DNA of 64,000 nt, taken from NCBI GenBank assembly GCA_022844165.1, contig JALHMH010000003.1:1-64000 (forward strand), written 5' to 3'. The notes under the pieces were generated by a model that saw only the letters and a program-made list of their open reading frames with translations, made no database searches and was not told where the DNA came from. Positions 44,455 through 54,321 of the stretch are shown here, one piece after another. How positions within the stretch are numbered: position 1 is the stretch's first letter; the number at the start of each line of letters is the position of its first letter. This stretch comes from Lysobacterales bacterium. Lineage in GTDB: Bacteria; Pseudomonadota; Gammaproteobacteria; Xanthomonadales; SZUA-5. The position numbers and the translations under genes were made by a program.

Positions 44455-46880
44455 GGCGACAATGTTCCAAGGTCAATGGTGCCGCGCGCGTCCGCGGGTA
44501 TTTGCAGCAGGTGGCGGCGAACGGGCCGTGTTTGCAGCGTCAATTGCCAATCGCCTGCGATCAGTCCCTGCGCGCGCAATCGACCATCCCGCCCGACGAA
44601 TACCGGCATGGCGTCGCCGCCAGCCTGCGGTTGCAGCTGCCCGGCCACCATCGACAACGGCTCTCCGCTCGCATCGACGATTTGTAGCAAAAGCCCGATC
44701 GTCGGTCGACCACCGGCGGCGACCACAACGCCGCCCTTGTAACCAGGGCGAACCACCGGAAACAAATTGCCCGGATCGCGATCGGCAGGCAACTCAGGCA
44801 ACGACAGCGCCAGTGCCCGCGGCTCGTATGCGCGCAGGTTGGCCACCACCGCAGGCCCCGGCCCCAGACTGCTGGCGAGATAATCATCTTCCACCGGATT
44901 GACATAGACCGGCCCGGAGGCGCGCGAATCCCAGGGGTCGATGACGGCAAAACCACCCTGGACTTGTTCGGTCATCCCAAAGACGCCATCGGCGAATACC
45001 AGCGCTGTGCGGACTGCGAGCCGGGTATCGCGACTCGACGTTCCGTCCGGCGCCGACAATTGTGCGATCGCCAGATCGGCGCCAACGCGTTCGTGCCGCC
45101 AGCCGACGGCGCCATCACGAACTGCGCCGAGATCGCTGCGCGATTCGCCGAGGTTGGCGACGTATCCGCCGCGCTGGTTCTGCCGATTGAATTGCCATCG
45201 GGCACCATATCGCGAGAGCTCCGATTCTGCCTCGACTTGCAGCGCCTGCCGCGCCTCGTCGAACAACCAGTTGAAACTGACGTTGATTCGCCTGTCGACG
45301 GTGCCAGAAACATCCGCTTGCTCGATTCCGATCCGCAACCCCAGACCACGCCCGAAACGACTGGCCCACTGAGCGCTGAAAGCGTACTCGTTCGATGGAT
45401 CGCCTGACCATCGTGCGCGAGCACCAAGGGTCAACTGGTGGCGATCGCGTAGGGTCCGGCTGCTGCGCCACTGCGCTTGCAGCGTTCGGGCGCCTGGCGT
45501 TGAGGCACTCAGCAGCTCGGCGTAACCGGCCTGGCGCCATCCCAGCGCGCCCTCGTGTTGCCAACCCGGCATGGCGTCGGCACCATCGGTCAGACGCCAG
45601 CGCAGATCGGCGCGGCAGCCCTGCGCGTCGGCATGGGCACACGCCACAGCCGCGCCCGTCAGCCACCGTCCCCACGCCTGAGTCAGGCTGATCTCAAGGC
45701 TGTGCTGCTGAAGTTCTGGAATGCTTGCCACGCCAAGTCCCAATGTTGTGCGCGGACCCAGGCCGCGGCCGTAATCGGCAGCGAGTACCCAAGGCCGGAC
45801 GATCGCGTTGTCGAGCAATGCCGGCAAGGCCATCTGCCCGACGCTGATGCTCTGCCGCACGCGACCGGCATGGAGCAACGCGAGATCTACGAAAGCCTCA
45901 ATGAACCGACTCTGGGTGCGCCCCGCCGCATCCGTGATGCGCAGCTCAGCGGCATTCGGGCCGAACCCCAGCGGAAAATCGGAAAGCCGATAGCGCCCGG
46001 CCGGCAAGTCGTAACTCTGCACAATCCGCCCATTGACCAACACCTCCACCTGCGCCGGTTGTTGCAGTTCCAGCGGCGCATCGAGATTCGGCGCAAAACT
46101 TTCGTTTGGCGCAAGCTCGAACGAGGTACCCACACTCAACCCGCGCAAGGCAGGCAAAAAAAGCCCCCCTGCGCGCGCCTCCGACAGATCGCCCAGACGC
46201 CAGCGACGCAGTTCATCTGGGCGGTCGTAGACCAGGGAGCGAAGCCCCGGAAGGCAGCGCCCCTCAGTGCACAAACCATCGAACTCCAGGGTCTTGCCGA
46301 ACGCGCGTACCGCGCCATCGAAACCCAAACCGCGATCCTCAAAACGCCCGGCATCCTGCGAACTGCGACGTACGGCAGCACTGAGATTCAGATAGGCCGA
46401 GACCGCTGCGTCGCCAGCCACCGTCGTGGCCGCCTGGCGGGGACGCAACTGCAAACTTTGGACGCGCCTCAGGCTCGGTTCGATACTTGCGAAGACGAGC
46501 AGCATTCCTGGGTCGTAGCGCAGGGCGATGCCACATCGTTGCGCCAAGGCCAGCGGGTTCTCGTGTGGCGGCTGCAAACAGTCGAGCGCCGATTGCTCCA
46601 GCACATCGGCCAGGCGATCCCGCAGCTGGCTGAGATTGACGCCGATCAGCCGATGGCCCTTGACCTTGACCTCGACAGGATCGAGGCGTTGTCCATTCAA
46701 ATCCAGGTCCGCGGACAACGCTTGCTCCCGCTCCGCACGTTTCCCGAACACCTGTTCGCGCAAAGACTCGTTAGTCGTCTGCGCCGCGAGGCCGGTGCAA
46801 ACCGCCAGGAAAATGACAGCAACAAGCGTCTGGTTGAGGGACATGCCTGATCCTGGTCGGTGCTGCGCACCTCTGATCAA
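44451..46880 (-). CDS. Fimbrial usher protein
   Basis: VEVLVNG...LPAGRYRLSDFPL..G.N...ITDAAGR; beta-rich. Alternative start at 46844. Confidence 0.88.
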   Translation of the reverse strand: MIRGAQHRPGSGMSLNQTLVAVIFLAVCTGLAAQTTNESLREQVFGKRAEREQALSADLDLNGQRLDPVEVKVKGHRLIGVNLSQLRDRLADVLEQSALDCLQPPHENPLALAQRCGIALRYDPGMLLVFASIEPSLRRVQSLQLRPRQAATTVAGDAAVSAYLNLSAAVRRSSQDAGRFEDRGLGFDGAVRAFGKTLEFDGLCTEGRCLPGLRSLVYDRPDELRRWRLGDLSEARAGGLFLPALRGLSVGTSFELAPNESFAPNLDAPLELQQPAQVEVLVNGRIVQSYDLPAGRYRLSDFPLGFGPNAAELRITDAAGRTQSRFIEAFVDLALLHAGRVRQSISVGQMALPALLDNAIVRPWVLAADYGRGLGPRTTLGLGVASIPELQQHSLEISLTQAWGRWLTGAAVACAHADAQGCRADLRWRLTDGADAMPGWQHEGALGWRQAGYAELLSASTPGARTLQAQWRSSRTLRDRHQLTLGARARWSGDPSNEYAFSAQWASRFGRGLGLRIGIEQADVSGTVDRRINVSFNWLFDEARQALQVEAESELSRYGARWQFNRQNQRGGYVANLGESRSDLGAVRDGAVGWRHERVGADLAIAQLSAPDGTSSRDTRLAVRTALVFADGVFGMTEQVQGGFAVIDPWDSRASGPVYVNPVEDDYLASSLGPGPAVVANLRAYEPRALALSLPELPADRDPGNLFPVVRPGYKGGVVVAAGGRPTIGLLLQIVDASGEPLSMVAGQLQPQAGGDAMPVFVGRDGRLRAQGLIAGDWQLTLQTRPVRRHLLQIPADARGTIDLGTLSP

Positions 46881-47599
46881 TCGCCCGGTGGCAACCGCAA
46901 TTCGATCGCCAGCGGTCCGCCATCGAGCGCTTCGCTCCAGGGGACCCTGAGCTCACGCTCGGCGCCTGCAAGAACATTCTTGCCATGCACTGCCTCGCGC
47001 TGCTCGGCGTTGAATTCGAGAACGCGCTCGCCAGCGCTGATAACGAACATTGGCGCTTGCACGATCGCATGCGCGTTGCCGTCGTTCTTCAAACGTACCA
47101 GCGCGTAGCGAGTGTCGGCGGCCTCTTCCCGGCTGATCTGTGCACTGACCCGCGCGTCGGGCTCCGCGGGCCGCACATACAATGCCGCAAGGTATTTGAC
47201 CATCAGGCGCAAGCCACTGCGCTCCGCGCCGTCGCCAAGATCGATGGGCAGTTGTTCGGCCATGAGCCGATAGGCGATTTCCGTTGCTGGCTGTTCGCTG
47301 CCGGTCCATTGCACACGCACGCTCTGCGTTTCGCCGGGCTGCAGAACAATTTGATCCGGATAGATGTTGAAGTCGTCCGGTGCTGCTGTCAGCACATCGC
47401 TGCCATCGATGGCCATGTTGCGACGATGCACGGACAACTCGATCGCTGCCGGCAAAGCGCCGCCGTTCTCGACCTTGAACGTTTGTACGGCCAGGCGGGA
47501 GGGCCCGAATTCCGCCTCAATCGGCGTGAGTTTGAACGCATGGGCCGGAAGAGCTGCCGCCAATACGACCAGGCTTAGGTAGCGGATGAGCGAAGTCAT
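46877..47599 (-). CDS. Fimbrial chaperone (PapD-like)
   Basis: Signal peptide; YPDQIVLQPGETQSVRV; AYRLMAEQLP; NDGNAH. Confidence 0.88.
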   Translation of the reverse strand: MTSLIRYLSLVVLAAALPAHAFKLTPIEAEFGPSRLAVQTFKVENGGALPAAIELSVHRRNMAIDGSDVLTAAPDDFNIYPDQIVLQPGETQSVRVQWTGSEQPATEIAYRLMAEQLPIDLGDGAERSGLRLMVKYLAALYVRPAEPDARVSAQISREEAADTRYALVRLKNDGNAHAIVQAPMFVISAGERVLEFNAEQREAVHGKNVLAGAERELRVPWSEALDGGPLAIELRLPPGD

Positions 47600-47694
47600 A
47601 GAGTTCCTCCAAGAGCTGAGCCCGGCGTTGCCGGGCAAGGTTAGGATCGCTCGACGCGGCCGGCAATGGGCGCCGGCCGCATCATTCGTGGTCA

Positions 47695-48162
47695 TCAGCT
47701 GGCAGCGATGGTGACCGTTACGGTGTCGCTGTAGCTGCCGGCCGGCAATTGGTCCTGACCGTCGACATTCACCGTCAACTCGTAGGCAGCGTTCCACTGC
47801 GGATCGGGGCGCGGGAGCAATGCGTCTGCGGCGAGGCTGTGGTTGCCGATCGAATCGTAGTTGATGCGATACGCGCTCTCTGCATCGCGTGGTCCAATCA
47901 TCTTGCCGCCGCGGTCGCTGGTGAAACTGACCGAGTAGCCATCCGGATCGTTGCAGGTTTCCGTGACCTTGCCGACCGCACGGTTGGTTTCGCCGGTCAC
48001 CAGATCCAGGTTGGTGCCGTAGTCGACAACACCAATCTCGCACAGGTCGCCGACGGTGCCTTTGATGATGATCTGACCGCTGGTCGAGCTGGCTGCGAAT
48101 GCCGAGTTGCCGAACGCCAGTGCGGCGACCAAAGCGGAAGCGGAGAGAAGACGTGTGTTCAT
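47695..48162 (-). CDS. Putative major pilin
   Basis: RBS AAGGAG; signal peptide; Cys pair; C-terminal AGSYSDTVTVTI. Confidence 0.8.
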   Translation of the reverse strand: MNTRLLSASALVAALAFGNSAFAASSTSGQIIIKGTVGDLCEIGVVDYGTNLDLVTGETNRAVGKVTETCNDPDGYSVSFTSDRGGKMIGPRDAESAYRINYDSIGNHSLAADALLPRPDPQWNAAYELTVNVDGQDQLPAGSYSDTVTVTIAAS

Positions 48163-48219
48163 GGTAAAGCTCCTTAGTGAGGTTGTTTGGGCCCCGGTGG
48201 ATCCGGGCACGGACCTCTT

Positions 48220-48235
48220 ATCAAATCGCGTGCCA
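48220..48235 (-). promoter_or_regulatory. sigma54 -24/-12 promoter of the pilus operon
   Basis: Minus strand TGGCACG-CGAT-TTGAT (one mismatch to the consensus at -12). Confidence 0.75.
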
Positions 48236-48251
48236 ACCTTCTGACATCGCA

Positions 48252-48264
48252 TAAAATATTGATA
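48252..48264 (-). promoter_or_regulatory. IHF-binding site
   Basis: TATCAATATTTTA matches WATCAANNNNTTR exactly. Confidence 0.7.
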
Positions 48265-48321
48265 TATAAGCACTTTTTTCGAAAATCCTCGAACCGCCTT
48301 CTCCCGAAAACGCCGCAGTCA

Positions 48322-48355
48322 TTGCAAAATGCAAAACGCGCGACGCAGATTGCGA
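48322..48355. promoter_or_regulatory. LuxO-type upstream activator sites
   Basis: TTGCAAAATGCAA (48322-48334) and a weaker CGCAGATTGCGA (48344-48355). Confidence 0.7.
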
Positions 48356-48396
48356 AGCGGCGATACACTGGTTACCCCAACGCGCAGGAGACCGCT

Positions 48397-49518
48397 ATGT
48401 CGATGGATCGCCGCTCATTTCTTTGGACCAGCGCTGCGCTCGCCGCGATGGCGTCCAGCCGCGCCGAGGCGGCCATGGGCAAGGGCCTGGCCGAACACGC
48501 GCAGCGGGCGGATGGCTCGTATGCCGTTGTGGATCTGAAAAAGCCGGTGATCACGCTCGGTGTGGTGCAGTCGCGAATCAAAGCGATCGATGCGGCGAAG
48601 AATCGGCATGCCAAAGAAATGCGCGCCAATCTCGATCACATGTTGAGCTTGATCGACGCCGCGTTCTATTACGGTGCGCCACCCGATGTGCTGTTCTTCC
48701 ACGAATTCCCGCTGTCCGGCTGGAAGAAATGGACTCGCGAGGAAATTCTGCGTTTTGCGATCGAAATTCCAGGGCCGCAGACCGAGGAGATCGCGAAGAA
48801 AGCCAAACAATATGGTTGTTACATCGTATTCGGCGCCTACGCCCAGGACGCCGCCTGGAAGAACCATGTGCTGAGCATCACCACGATCATCGGGCCCGAT
48901 GGCAATATCGTCGACAAACACTGGAAAGCGCGCAACATCAAGGGTGTGTTCCCAGGCTTCGAACTGTTCACGACCACGATTTACGATGTGCTCGATCAGT
49001 ACATCGAAATGTATGGCGTCGATGCGGTGATCCCGGTCACGCGCACGCCGCTCGGGAACTTTGCAACCAGTTCCGTGCAGCGCGAACCGGAGCTGTTCCG
49101 GGCGATGGCGCTCAAGGGCGCAGAGATCATGTTGCGCACGGCATCGGGCGGATTCACGCCGCTCGATATCCAGGCCACGAGCCTCTACAACGATGTGTAC
49201 ACGGCCATCGTCAACAACGCCGCCTCACCCGGCAACTGGCCGTTTTTCGAAGATTCCGGCAGCGGTGGCACGGCGGTGTATGGGCCAGACAGCAAGGCCA
49301 TCGCGGAAGCGAACGGCAAGCTGGAGCAGCTGGTGACAGCGCGTATCCCGATGGCCGAGTTTCGCGCCCGCCACCGCCAGCCGATCGTGCACTGGGAGAT
49401 GTTTGCGCCGGTGTTCGCCGGCTATCGAAGCAAGTACGGGCCAAATTTGTTTAGTGACTACCAACCGACGGATTTGCTCGATGCCGCACGTCATCTTAAA
49501 GATAAATCGCGCTGGTAA
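48397..49518 (+). CDS. Tat-exported carbon-nitrogen hydrolase (nitrilase superfamily)
   Basis: MDRRSFL twin-Arg leader; FFHEF; HWK; PELFRAMALKGAEI; RBS AGGAG. Confidence 0.85.
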   Translation: MSMDRRSFLWTSAALAAMASSRAEAAMGKGLAEHAQRADGSYAVVDLKKPVITLGVVQSRIKAIDAAKNRHAKEMRANLDHMLSLIDAAFYYGAPPDVLFFHEFPLSGWKKWTREEILRFAIEIPGPQTEEIAKKAKQYGCYIVFGAYAQDAAWKNHVLSITTIIGPDGNIVDKHWKARNIKGVFPGFELFTTTIYDVLDQYIEMYGVDAVIPVTRTPLGNFATSSVQREPELFRAMALKGAEIMLRTASGGFTPLDIQATSLYNDVYTAIVNNAASPGNWPFFEDSGSGGTAVYGPDSKAIAEANGKLEQLVTARIPMAEFRARHRQPIVHWEMFAPVFAGYRSKYGPNLFSDYQPTDLLDAARHLKDKSRW

Positions 49519-49575
49519 GCTGGCACCCGCATTTGCGCCAGCGCGTTTGTCGAGCCTGAAAACAGAGAGAAACCC

Positions 49576-52395
49576 ATGCGTCCCATCTGGCCATTGATTG
49601 CGGTGTTTTCTGCGCCCTTGTTGGCATCGGCGCAGTCACTGGAAACCGACCGCGCGATCGCCGAAATGCTGCGCGAAAAAACCTCGCGATCGAGCGCAGA
49701 TCTGGTGCAAACCACTGACCCGGACGGCGGCGTGTCGCTCAATCTGGGGCCCGGGTTCAAACACGTTTATCTGGCGCGGCTGGATCAAAACGGACTGCAG
49801 GCCAGTTGTGTCGCCAGTGTGCCGGAGGCCAACCAGTTTTTTGGCCGCAATCTGGAGACCGGCAAGAAGCTGCCGCGGTATCTGCCGCCGGCGCCGACGG
49901 CCGATGCCCAAGCCGCGCAATTGCACGGTCTGACGCTCGAGCAATATCAGTTTTACTGGAACTTGATCGAGCAGGCCAAGGTCGACAAGGCGGCCAAAGC
50001 CGTGAGCATTTCGATCCAGAACAACGATGGCCCCGGCGAGGGATTCAACGACAACACGCTCGTTTCGCCTGAGGGTGGAAACAACGGCGCAACGCGCGGT
50101 CAGCAGCGACTGAACGTGTTCGACGAGGCCGCGTCGATCTGGGAGGCGTTTTTGGATAGCAACGTGCCGATTGTGGTCGCTGCCACTTTCGATTCCTTTC
50201 CGGGTCAATGTGGTCCGGGTGGCGGGGTGCTTGGTTTTGCTGGCGCCACCACATTGCACCGCGATTTCCCGAACGCCGAGGTGCCTGGTACATGGTATTT
50301 CCAGGCGCTGGCCAACAAAATGCGACGCAGCGATAACAGTGCGGCACAGCCCGATATCGTGTCGGCATTCAATAGTGATATCGACACCGGATGTCTGGGC
50401 GGTGGGTCGCGGTTCTATTACGGGCTGGACAACGCAACGCCGGCCAATCGCATCAATCTGCTGGTCACCGTGCTGCACGAAATCGGCCACGGTGTCGGCT
50501 CAGCGAGCGCAACCGACGAAAGCACCGGCGCATTCCCTGGCAGTCCACCGTTCCCGGATATTTGGGCGCGCTTTCAGTTCGACACAGACGCCAATCAGTT
50601 GTGGGCCGCGATGACGCCCGGCCAGCGTGTCACGTCAGCAATCAACAGCAACGATTTGGTGTGGAACGGCCCGAGCACCCGAATCGCTTCGGGATTCTTG
50701 GTGGCCGGGCGTGAAGCCGATGGCAGCGTTCAGCTGTTCACCCCGAATCCGGTGCAACCCGGATCGTCGGTCTCGCACTGGAATGACGTAGCGTCGCCGA
50801 ATCTGCTGATGGAACCCGCCATCAACCCGGGCCTGCCGCTGACGCTGGATTTAACGCGCCAACAGATGCGCGACATCGGCTGGTTCCGCGATACCAATAC
50901 TGCCGACAGCACACGCGACAGCATCACCGGCGTTACACCAACCAATGGCACCAGTGTGACGCCGGGTAGCAACGTCAACATCAGCTGGACGAATGTCGGT
51001 GGCTTCAATCGCAACGTGACCATCGAGTTGTCCACGGATGCCGGACTGACGTTCCCCACGACCATCGCCAGCAATGTGGCGAACAGCGGATCGCGCAGCT
51101 GGATCGTTCCCAGCAGCCCCACGGCGACGGCACGAATTCGCGTCCGCGAGCACGATTTTGCTGCTCCATCGGGCGTTTCCAGCGAGAATTTCACCATCGG
51201 CACCGCCAACAGTGCGCCGACATTCACGCCGGGCAGCGCCATTACGCGCGTGCAGGGAAGTGCACCTGGCGCAGCGGTCACGATCGGCACGATCACTGAT
51301 CCGGAATCGTCGGTTGGCAGTTTGACCGTGACGGCCGTGTCTGGCGGCACGGCGAGCGGTTTGACGGTGACGAACATCAATAACCCGGGATCGGGCTCGG
51401 TCAGCGCCAATATCGCCGCGTCCTGCACGGCCGGTCCTGGCACACAGCGATTTCGGGTTTCGGATGGATCGTTGAACGACGAGGGCGACTTACAGGTCAA
51501 CATCACGTCGAACCCGCTGCCAACGTTGAGCTATAGCAACCAGACGGTCAACGGTGGTTCACCGCTGAACGTCAATCCCACGATGGGGCCGAGCGACAAC
51601 GGCAGTGTCGCGTCAGTTGCGGTGCAAAGCGTTGGCACCTACACCGGCACGATCAGTGTGAACGCGGCGGGCGTGATTGCGTTGAGCAACACCGCGCCGG
51701 TGGGGGCGCACACCATCACCATCCGCGCAACAGACAACTGCGGCGCCATTCGCAACGCGAGTTTTACGCTCACCGTGAATAACACCGCACCCAATTTCGT
51801 CCCTGCTGGCAGCATCACACGACAGGAAGGCAGCCCGGCTGGCCCAGCGGTGGTGATTGGGGCCGTCAGCGATCCGCAGCAAAGTGCCGGTTCCTTGCTG
51901 GTCAGCGCGGTCGCCGGTGGCACGGCGACCAACATCAATGTCGGTGCGATCGTCAACAATGCAGGTGCCATCAGTGCGCCGCTCGCAGCGGCGTGCGGCG
52001 CCGCTGTTGGTGTCCGCACCCAGCGTTTCCAGGTCTCCGATGGCAACTTGGCGAATACTGGGGACCTTGCCCTGAATGTCCTCGCCAATGAAGCGCCGAT
52101 TCTTTCGGCCTGGCCGAATGCACAGGTTGCGAATGGCGGCAGCGCCAATGTAACCCCCGCAGCCGCCCCAACCGACAATGGCTCGATTGTCTCAGCGACA
52201 GCATCGGCCAACCCAGGTTCGTTTACTGGAACGCTGAACGTCAATCCCAGCAGCGGCGTTGTGGGTGTGGTCAACGCCGGACCCGATGGCGTTTATGTCG
52301 TGACGGTGCAAGTCACCGACAACTGCGGATCGGCCAACACCACCAGTTTCAATCTCACTGTGGGCGACGGCGTGTTCGCCAACGGCTTCGAATAG
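49576..52395 (+). CDS. Secreted zinc metallopeptidase with Ig-like repeats, C-terminal VFANGFE
   Basis: VLHEIGHG; GSSVSHW; LLMEP; duplicated C-terminal module. Confidence 0.87.
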   Translation: MRPIWPLIAVFSAPLLASAQSLETDRAIAEMLREKTSRSSADLVQTTDPDGGVSLNLGPGFKHVYLARLDQNGLQASCVASVPEANQFFGRNLETGKKLPRYLPPAPTADAQAAQLHGLTLEQYQFYWNLIEQAKVDKAAKAVSISIQNNDGPGEGFNDNTLVSPEGGNNGATRGQQRLNVFDEAASIWEAFLDSNVPIVVAATFDSFPGQCGPGGGVLGFAGATTLHRDFPNAEVPGTWYFQALANKMRRSDNSAAQPDIVSAFNSDIDTGCLGGGSRFYYGLDNATPANRINLLVTVLHEIGHGVGSASATDESTGAFPGSPPFPDIWARFQFDTDANQLWAAMTPGQRVTSAINSNDLVWNGPSTRIASGFLVAGREADGSVQLFTPNPVQPGSSVSHWNDVASPNLLMEPAINPGLPLTLDLTRQQMRDIGWFRDTNTADSTRDSITGVTPTNGTSVTPGSNVNISWTNVGGFNRNVTIELSTDAGLTFPTTIASNVANSGSRSWIVPSSPTATARIRVREHDFAAPSGVSSENFTIGTANSAPTFTPGSAITRVQGSAPGAAVTIGTITDPESSVGSLTVTAVSGGTASGLTVTNINNPGSGSVSANIAASCTAGPGTQRFRVSDGSLNDEGDLQVNITSNPLPTLSYSNQTVNGGSPLNVNPTMGPSDNGSVASVAVQSVGTYTGTISVNAAGVIALSNTAPVGAHTITIRATDNCGAIRNASFTLTVNNTAPNFVPAGSITRQEGSPAGPAVVIGAVSDPQQSAGSLLVSAVAGGTATNINVGAIVNNAGAISAPLAAACGAAVGVRTQRFQVSDGNLANTGDLALNVLANEAPILSAWPNAQVANGGSANVTPAAAPTDNGSIVSATASANPGSFTGTLNVNPSSGVVGVVNAGPDGVYVVTVQVTDNCGSANTTSFNLTVGDGVFANGFE

Positions 52396-52406
52396 GGTCA
52401 CTGAAC

Positions 52407-52997
52407 ATGCAAACTCGGATTGTCGTGCTGCTGTTGGCGGCCCATGCTGGGAACGCGGCCTCGAACGATGGTTGGCGCGGAATCGCGCACGATGATCACG
52501 AGCCGATGATCGATTTCGCCGTGCCTCGGGCGAAAGCACTGCTGGATCGCCTCGCGCCGGACGCGTACGGCCTTGAGGAGGTGCCGAGTGTGCGGGCCAT
52601 ACTGGATGCGCCGAGCGATCAAAAAGGGCATCAAGCTATCCTCGGTCAATGGCGCTGCGCATCCACGCAAATCGATCCCAATGGTGTGTTCGCCTACCCG
52701 CCATTCAAGTGCGAGATCGCGTTCACCGAGGACGGGACACTGACGTTTCGCAAGACCAGCGGCTCGCAGCGGCGCAATGGGCAACTTTGGCCGGCGGATG
52801 GTGGCTTGGTCCTGCTGGGCGGTTCCTCGGTCAACGACGATCCGTATCGAAGCTACAGCGCTACCTACGAATACGCCGATGGCGAAGATGCGGAAGTCGA
52901 TACCGTGGGACTGCTGCAAACGCTCCGCGACGGTCGCATGCGCATGATCCTCGATGCCGACGAAGAACGTGTAGAGCTGTACACGTTGACCCGCTGA
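52407..52997 (+). CDS. DUF4893-like protein
   Basis: GQWRC...YPPFKCEI...FRKTSGSQRRNG. Confidence 0.75.
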   Translation: MQTRIVVLLLAAHAGNAASNDGWRGIAHDDHEPMIDFAVPRAKALLDRLAPDAYGLEEVPSVRAILDAPSDQKGHQAILGQWRCASTQIDPNGVFAYPPFKCEIAFTEDGTLTFRKTSGSQRRNGQLWPADGGLVLLGGSSVNDDPYRSYSATYEYADGEDAEVDTVGLLQTLRDGRMRMILDADEERVELYTLTR

Positions 52998-53132
52998 CGC
53001 ATCTGTCGATCGCCGTTACGCACTGGTGAACCGCCGCCGCTTTCGATGGCAGGCCTTGGCCGCGAGACATCAAAAACGGAACTTGCGCACGGAATCACCG
53101 TCTGATGGTGCGTTGTCATCAGAGCACTTCCG

Positions 53133-54110
53133 ATGTGGCGTCTTCCCCGAATGCTGTTTCGCCAATCTGAATCGCCAGTTTTACTGCTCGCTGGAAATCG
53201 TCTGGAGGCCTGGCGGCTTGTGCCGGTGTTACGCGCACTGCGCGCGGCGGAAGGTGGCGGCGCGCTGCTGGTCGATGCGGGCTGTGGCGATGAAGTGAGC
53301 GCCGCGCTGCGCGAGTTGGGCATGTCGGCCGACATCAAGCTGCCTGCATGTCGCGCGCTCACACTTGCGTTGTACCGACTCGGCGCGAAGATTTCACCAG
53401 CCATGTTCGTTGCCGGCGGTGCATCGAAGAGCGCCATCGCAGCCGGTTTGGCGGCGCGCAGTCTCGGAGTTCAAAGCGCGTTATTGGGTTCACCGATCGA
53501 TCAGAGCTCACCCTGGAGATGGCGCACCCTCGGCGCGTTGTTTACGTGGTCTTTTGCTGGCGCAGAGGCACCGAAGATTGGCCGGCGCACGCTTCAAGTT
53601 GGCGATCCATTCTTCGACTTGTGCCGGGAACAGGCAGCGGCGACCGATGGCGCGCAACAGGCGCAGCGCGTCTTTTGGCACGAGCGTTCCCTCGCCAATG
53701 CGGCGGTTGCGATGCGCGAGTATCTGTCGCAACACAGCGCTTGCATTGACTGGATGGGTGCATGCGGAGCGTCGCTGGATGGCGTTCGTCAATACGGCGC
53801 CATACCGCACTGGCGGCGTCTGGCTTTGTTGCGTCGCGCCCAGGTGGTCGTCACCGACGATACCCTCACCGCGTTTGAGGCGCGCTTTATGGCGCGTCCC
53901 GTGCTCTGGATCGGACCATCGCCACCGCGCGGCTGCGTCGCTGCGGGCGACGATCTGCCGCGTGCGCTCTGGCAAGCGCAGACCGGCGCAATCGCTGCAC
54001 GACCGCTGATCGAAGATGGCCGCGCAGCCACGCGTATCGCTGCACATGTATGCGAACGAATCGACAACCTGGCGCTCGCAGGTTTGCTCAGCAGAGCCGC
54101 TTCGTCCTGA
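53133..54110 (+). CDS. Degenerate UDP-GlcNAc 2-epimerase-like (GT-B) protein
   Basis: VGDP, VVVTDD...EA..ARPVL, DGRAATRIA. Confidence 0.55.
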   Translation: MWRLPRMLFRQSESPVLLLAGNRLEAWRLVPVLRALRAAEGGGALLVDAGCGDEVSAALRELGMSADIKLPACRALTLALYRLGAKISPAMFVAGGASKSAIAAGLAARSLGVQSALLGSPIDQSSPWRWRTLGALFTWSFAGAEAPKIGRRTLQVGDPFFDLCREQAAATDGAQQAQRVFWHERSLANAAVAMREYLSQHSACIDWMGACGASLDGVRQYGAIPHWRRLALLRRAQVVVTDDTLTAFEARFMARPVLWIGPSPPRGCVAAGDDLPRALWQAQTGAIAARPLIEDGRAATRIAAHVCERIDNLALAGLLSRAASS

Positions 54111-54321
54111 CCTCGATCACGAACCGCCGGTGCGTCCTCACTGTGATCCCCGACCTGGCGCGCAGCGGTCAAACCATTCTCGTCCGATCGCCGATTCTTG
54201 AAATCGACCAGGGCGCCATAGCGTTTCGCGGCGGCGCAACAAATGACCCTGGCCTCCGTGCCGACACACAGAGGACTTCGGGTCTGCTTCCGAGGCCCGC
54301 GAGCGCGCCTCGGGGGCTTTG

